This document shows, piece by piece, positions 62,622 through 64,000 of a DNA stretch of 64,000 nt. Each line of letters begins with the position of its first letter. The first letter of the stretch is position 1. The notes below the pieces were generated by a model. It was not told the origin of the DNA and did no database searches. It saw nothing but the letters and a program-made list of their open reading frames with translations. The stretch comes from Dehalococcoidia bacterium (GTDB lineage: Bacteria > Chloroflexota > Dehalococcoidia > Lucifugimonadales > UBA3495): the NCBI GenBank assembly GCA_963664625.1, contig OY761541.1, positions 2,736,174 through 2,800,173 on the forward strand. The letters run 5' to 3'. The translations under genes and the position numbers were made by a program.

Positions 62622-64000
62622 TCACAACAGCCTTTCTATGTCCTGTAGCTGGCATCGCAGCCAGTGGGTGATGTCCTGCCGGTGAATAGACTGGGACAGC
62701 AGGGATGAGCGGCGTTCACGGTCTTCCGGCGACATGGTGATGGCTTGATAGAGGGCTTCCATTGTTCCCTCTATGTCGGTTGGCGATATGCTCAACGCGC
62801 CCTCTGCCAGTTGGTGATGTACACCGCTGCTGGCGGACAGTACCAGCGCCCCATTGCGGGTGTTGACGACAGGGCCTTCCTTGGCCACCAGGTTCGTGCC
62901 CTCGAAGATGGTGTTCACCAACAGGGCGTCGTACAACTTCATACCGGCGATGGCTTGCGTATAGTTATTTTCCACGAATGTGTGGATAGGCTGCCACTCT
63001 TCATTTCCGAAGGCGGAATTCACCTGCTGGACAACCTGCATCACTTCCTCCATGTACCGTTGGTACTGGCGTATGTGGGTGCGCGAAGGCACCAGGAAGG
63101 CCAGGAAGTTCACCTTGCCATGCAGTTCGGGATGACGGGACAGCAACAGTTCGTAAGCTCGAAACCCGCGGACAATGTTCTTGTTCGGCTCAACCCGGTC
63201 TATGCGGACTATGGTGTTCTCGTTGCAATATGCCTGCAAGCGGGCCGCGTATTCATTGGCACGGGGAGAGTTGGCGATTCGTTGTACCTCATCCACGTTG
63301 ATGGAGATAGGGTAGACCTTTACCGCCGTGGTGTTGTCCTGCCAATTTACCGTAAATCTGTCGTGGTCGATCCGGGCGTCGGGAAGGAATTCTTCCACCG
63401 TGTCCAGGAAGCAACGCCGGTCCTGCGGGCTTTGGAACCCCAACAGGTCCGTACAACACAGGGCGGAGCAGATGTCCCGGATGATGTCGTAAGGCACCAT
63501 CTGCCAGTAGCGGGCGGTGGGCCACGGTATATGGACAAAATGCTGTATGACGGCGTTGGGCAGGTCGCGCCGCACGTACTTTGGCATCAGGTATAGGTGG
63601 TAGTCGTGTCCGATGACTATGGGGGCGTCGCCGACCTCTTCGGCCTCCTGTACTACGGACTTGGCGAAGGCTTGGTTTACCGGGACGTACCCGGTGGCCC
63701 AAGCATCGTATACCGCGGCGTCTATGCTGGGGTTGTAGGGCGGGTTCCACATGTAATGCTGCAGGAACCACAACAATGGGTTGCACAGGACATTGTAATA
63801 CTTGTGATAGACCCGGCGGGGCGTCACCACGTAGCGGAGGTTTATCCTGTGCCCCGGCAAGGGAGACCGGATGTGGGAACCTTGGCCGTTGCGGGAAACC
63901 ACTCGGTCGCCCTCCCCGGTAGCACTGGCAATCCAGGTAAACTCGGCCGACTTGGTCAGGGCGTTGAACGCGGTGACCACACCGCCGCTTCCCCTGCGGG
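62622..64000 (-). CDS. Trehalose-6-phosphate synthase-like glycosyltransferase (GT20), 5' truncated
   Basis: GG.VTA, LWFLQH, HDYHL, HIPWP, EGTNLVAKE. Confidence 0.9.
   Translation of the reverse strand, partial: RRGSGGVVTAFNALTKSAEFTWIASATGEGDRVVSRNGQGSHIRSPLPGHRINLRYVVTPRRVYHKYYNVLCNPLLWFLQHYMWNPPYNPSIDAAVYDAWATGYVPVNQAFAKSVVQEAEEVGDAPIVIGHDYHLYLMPKYVRRDLPNAVIQHFVHIPWPTARYWQMVPYDIIRDICSALCCTDLLGFQSPQDRRCFLDTVEEFLPDARIDHDRFTVNWQDNTTAVKVYPISINVDEVQRIANSPRANEYAARLQAYCNENTIVRIDRVEPNKNIVRGFRAYELLLSRHPELHGKVNFLAFLVPSRTHIRQYQRYMEEVMQVVQQVNSAFGNEEWQPIHTFVENNYTQAIAGMKLYDALLVNTIFEGTNLVAKEGPVVNTRNGALVLSASSGVHHQLAEGALSISPTDIEGTMEALYQAITMSPEDRERRSSLLSQSIHRQDITHWLRCQLQDIERLL

Overview
GC-rich bacterial chromosomal segment. 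Gene content and style (HpcH aldolase, SDR/FAH paralogues, NiSOD, Uma2, HspR) suggest Chloroflexota of the SAR202/Dehalococcoidia type; this is inference. Core genes are secG (partial), gatB, sucCD, ftsH-hflKC, a DsrE/F/H-like trio divergent from tandem glnII/glnA, pth, ligA, pgi/pmi, glcDEF, a siroheme/heme cluster (ahbAB, sirC, hemC, cobA-hemD, hemB, hemL), hspR/hsp20, sodN, ilvD and a partial GT20 trehalose-6-phosphate-synthase-like gene. Accessory DNA includes an AT-rich mosaic between ligA and pth, a 7.7-kb DUF499-NYN-DUF1156-GIY-YIG defence island bracketed by two 125-bp palindromic repeats, an orphan Dam-type methylase, a complete ISAs1-family element, several TA modules and dispersed dRS3-like and REP repeats. 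Best novelty candidates: (1) a ~58-nt divergently transcribed, terminator-ended, pseudoknot-capable sRNA at the start of the NYN RNase gene (possible RNA-antitoxin system); (2) a ~500-nt highly structured non-coding element upstream of sodN; (3) an HflK with a ~205-aa tandem-domain insertion; (4) the ligA/pth duplication mosaic; (5) phased GlnR-like boxes plus a 22-aa leader ORF before the glutamine synthetases. All calls are by eye, without database searches.
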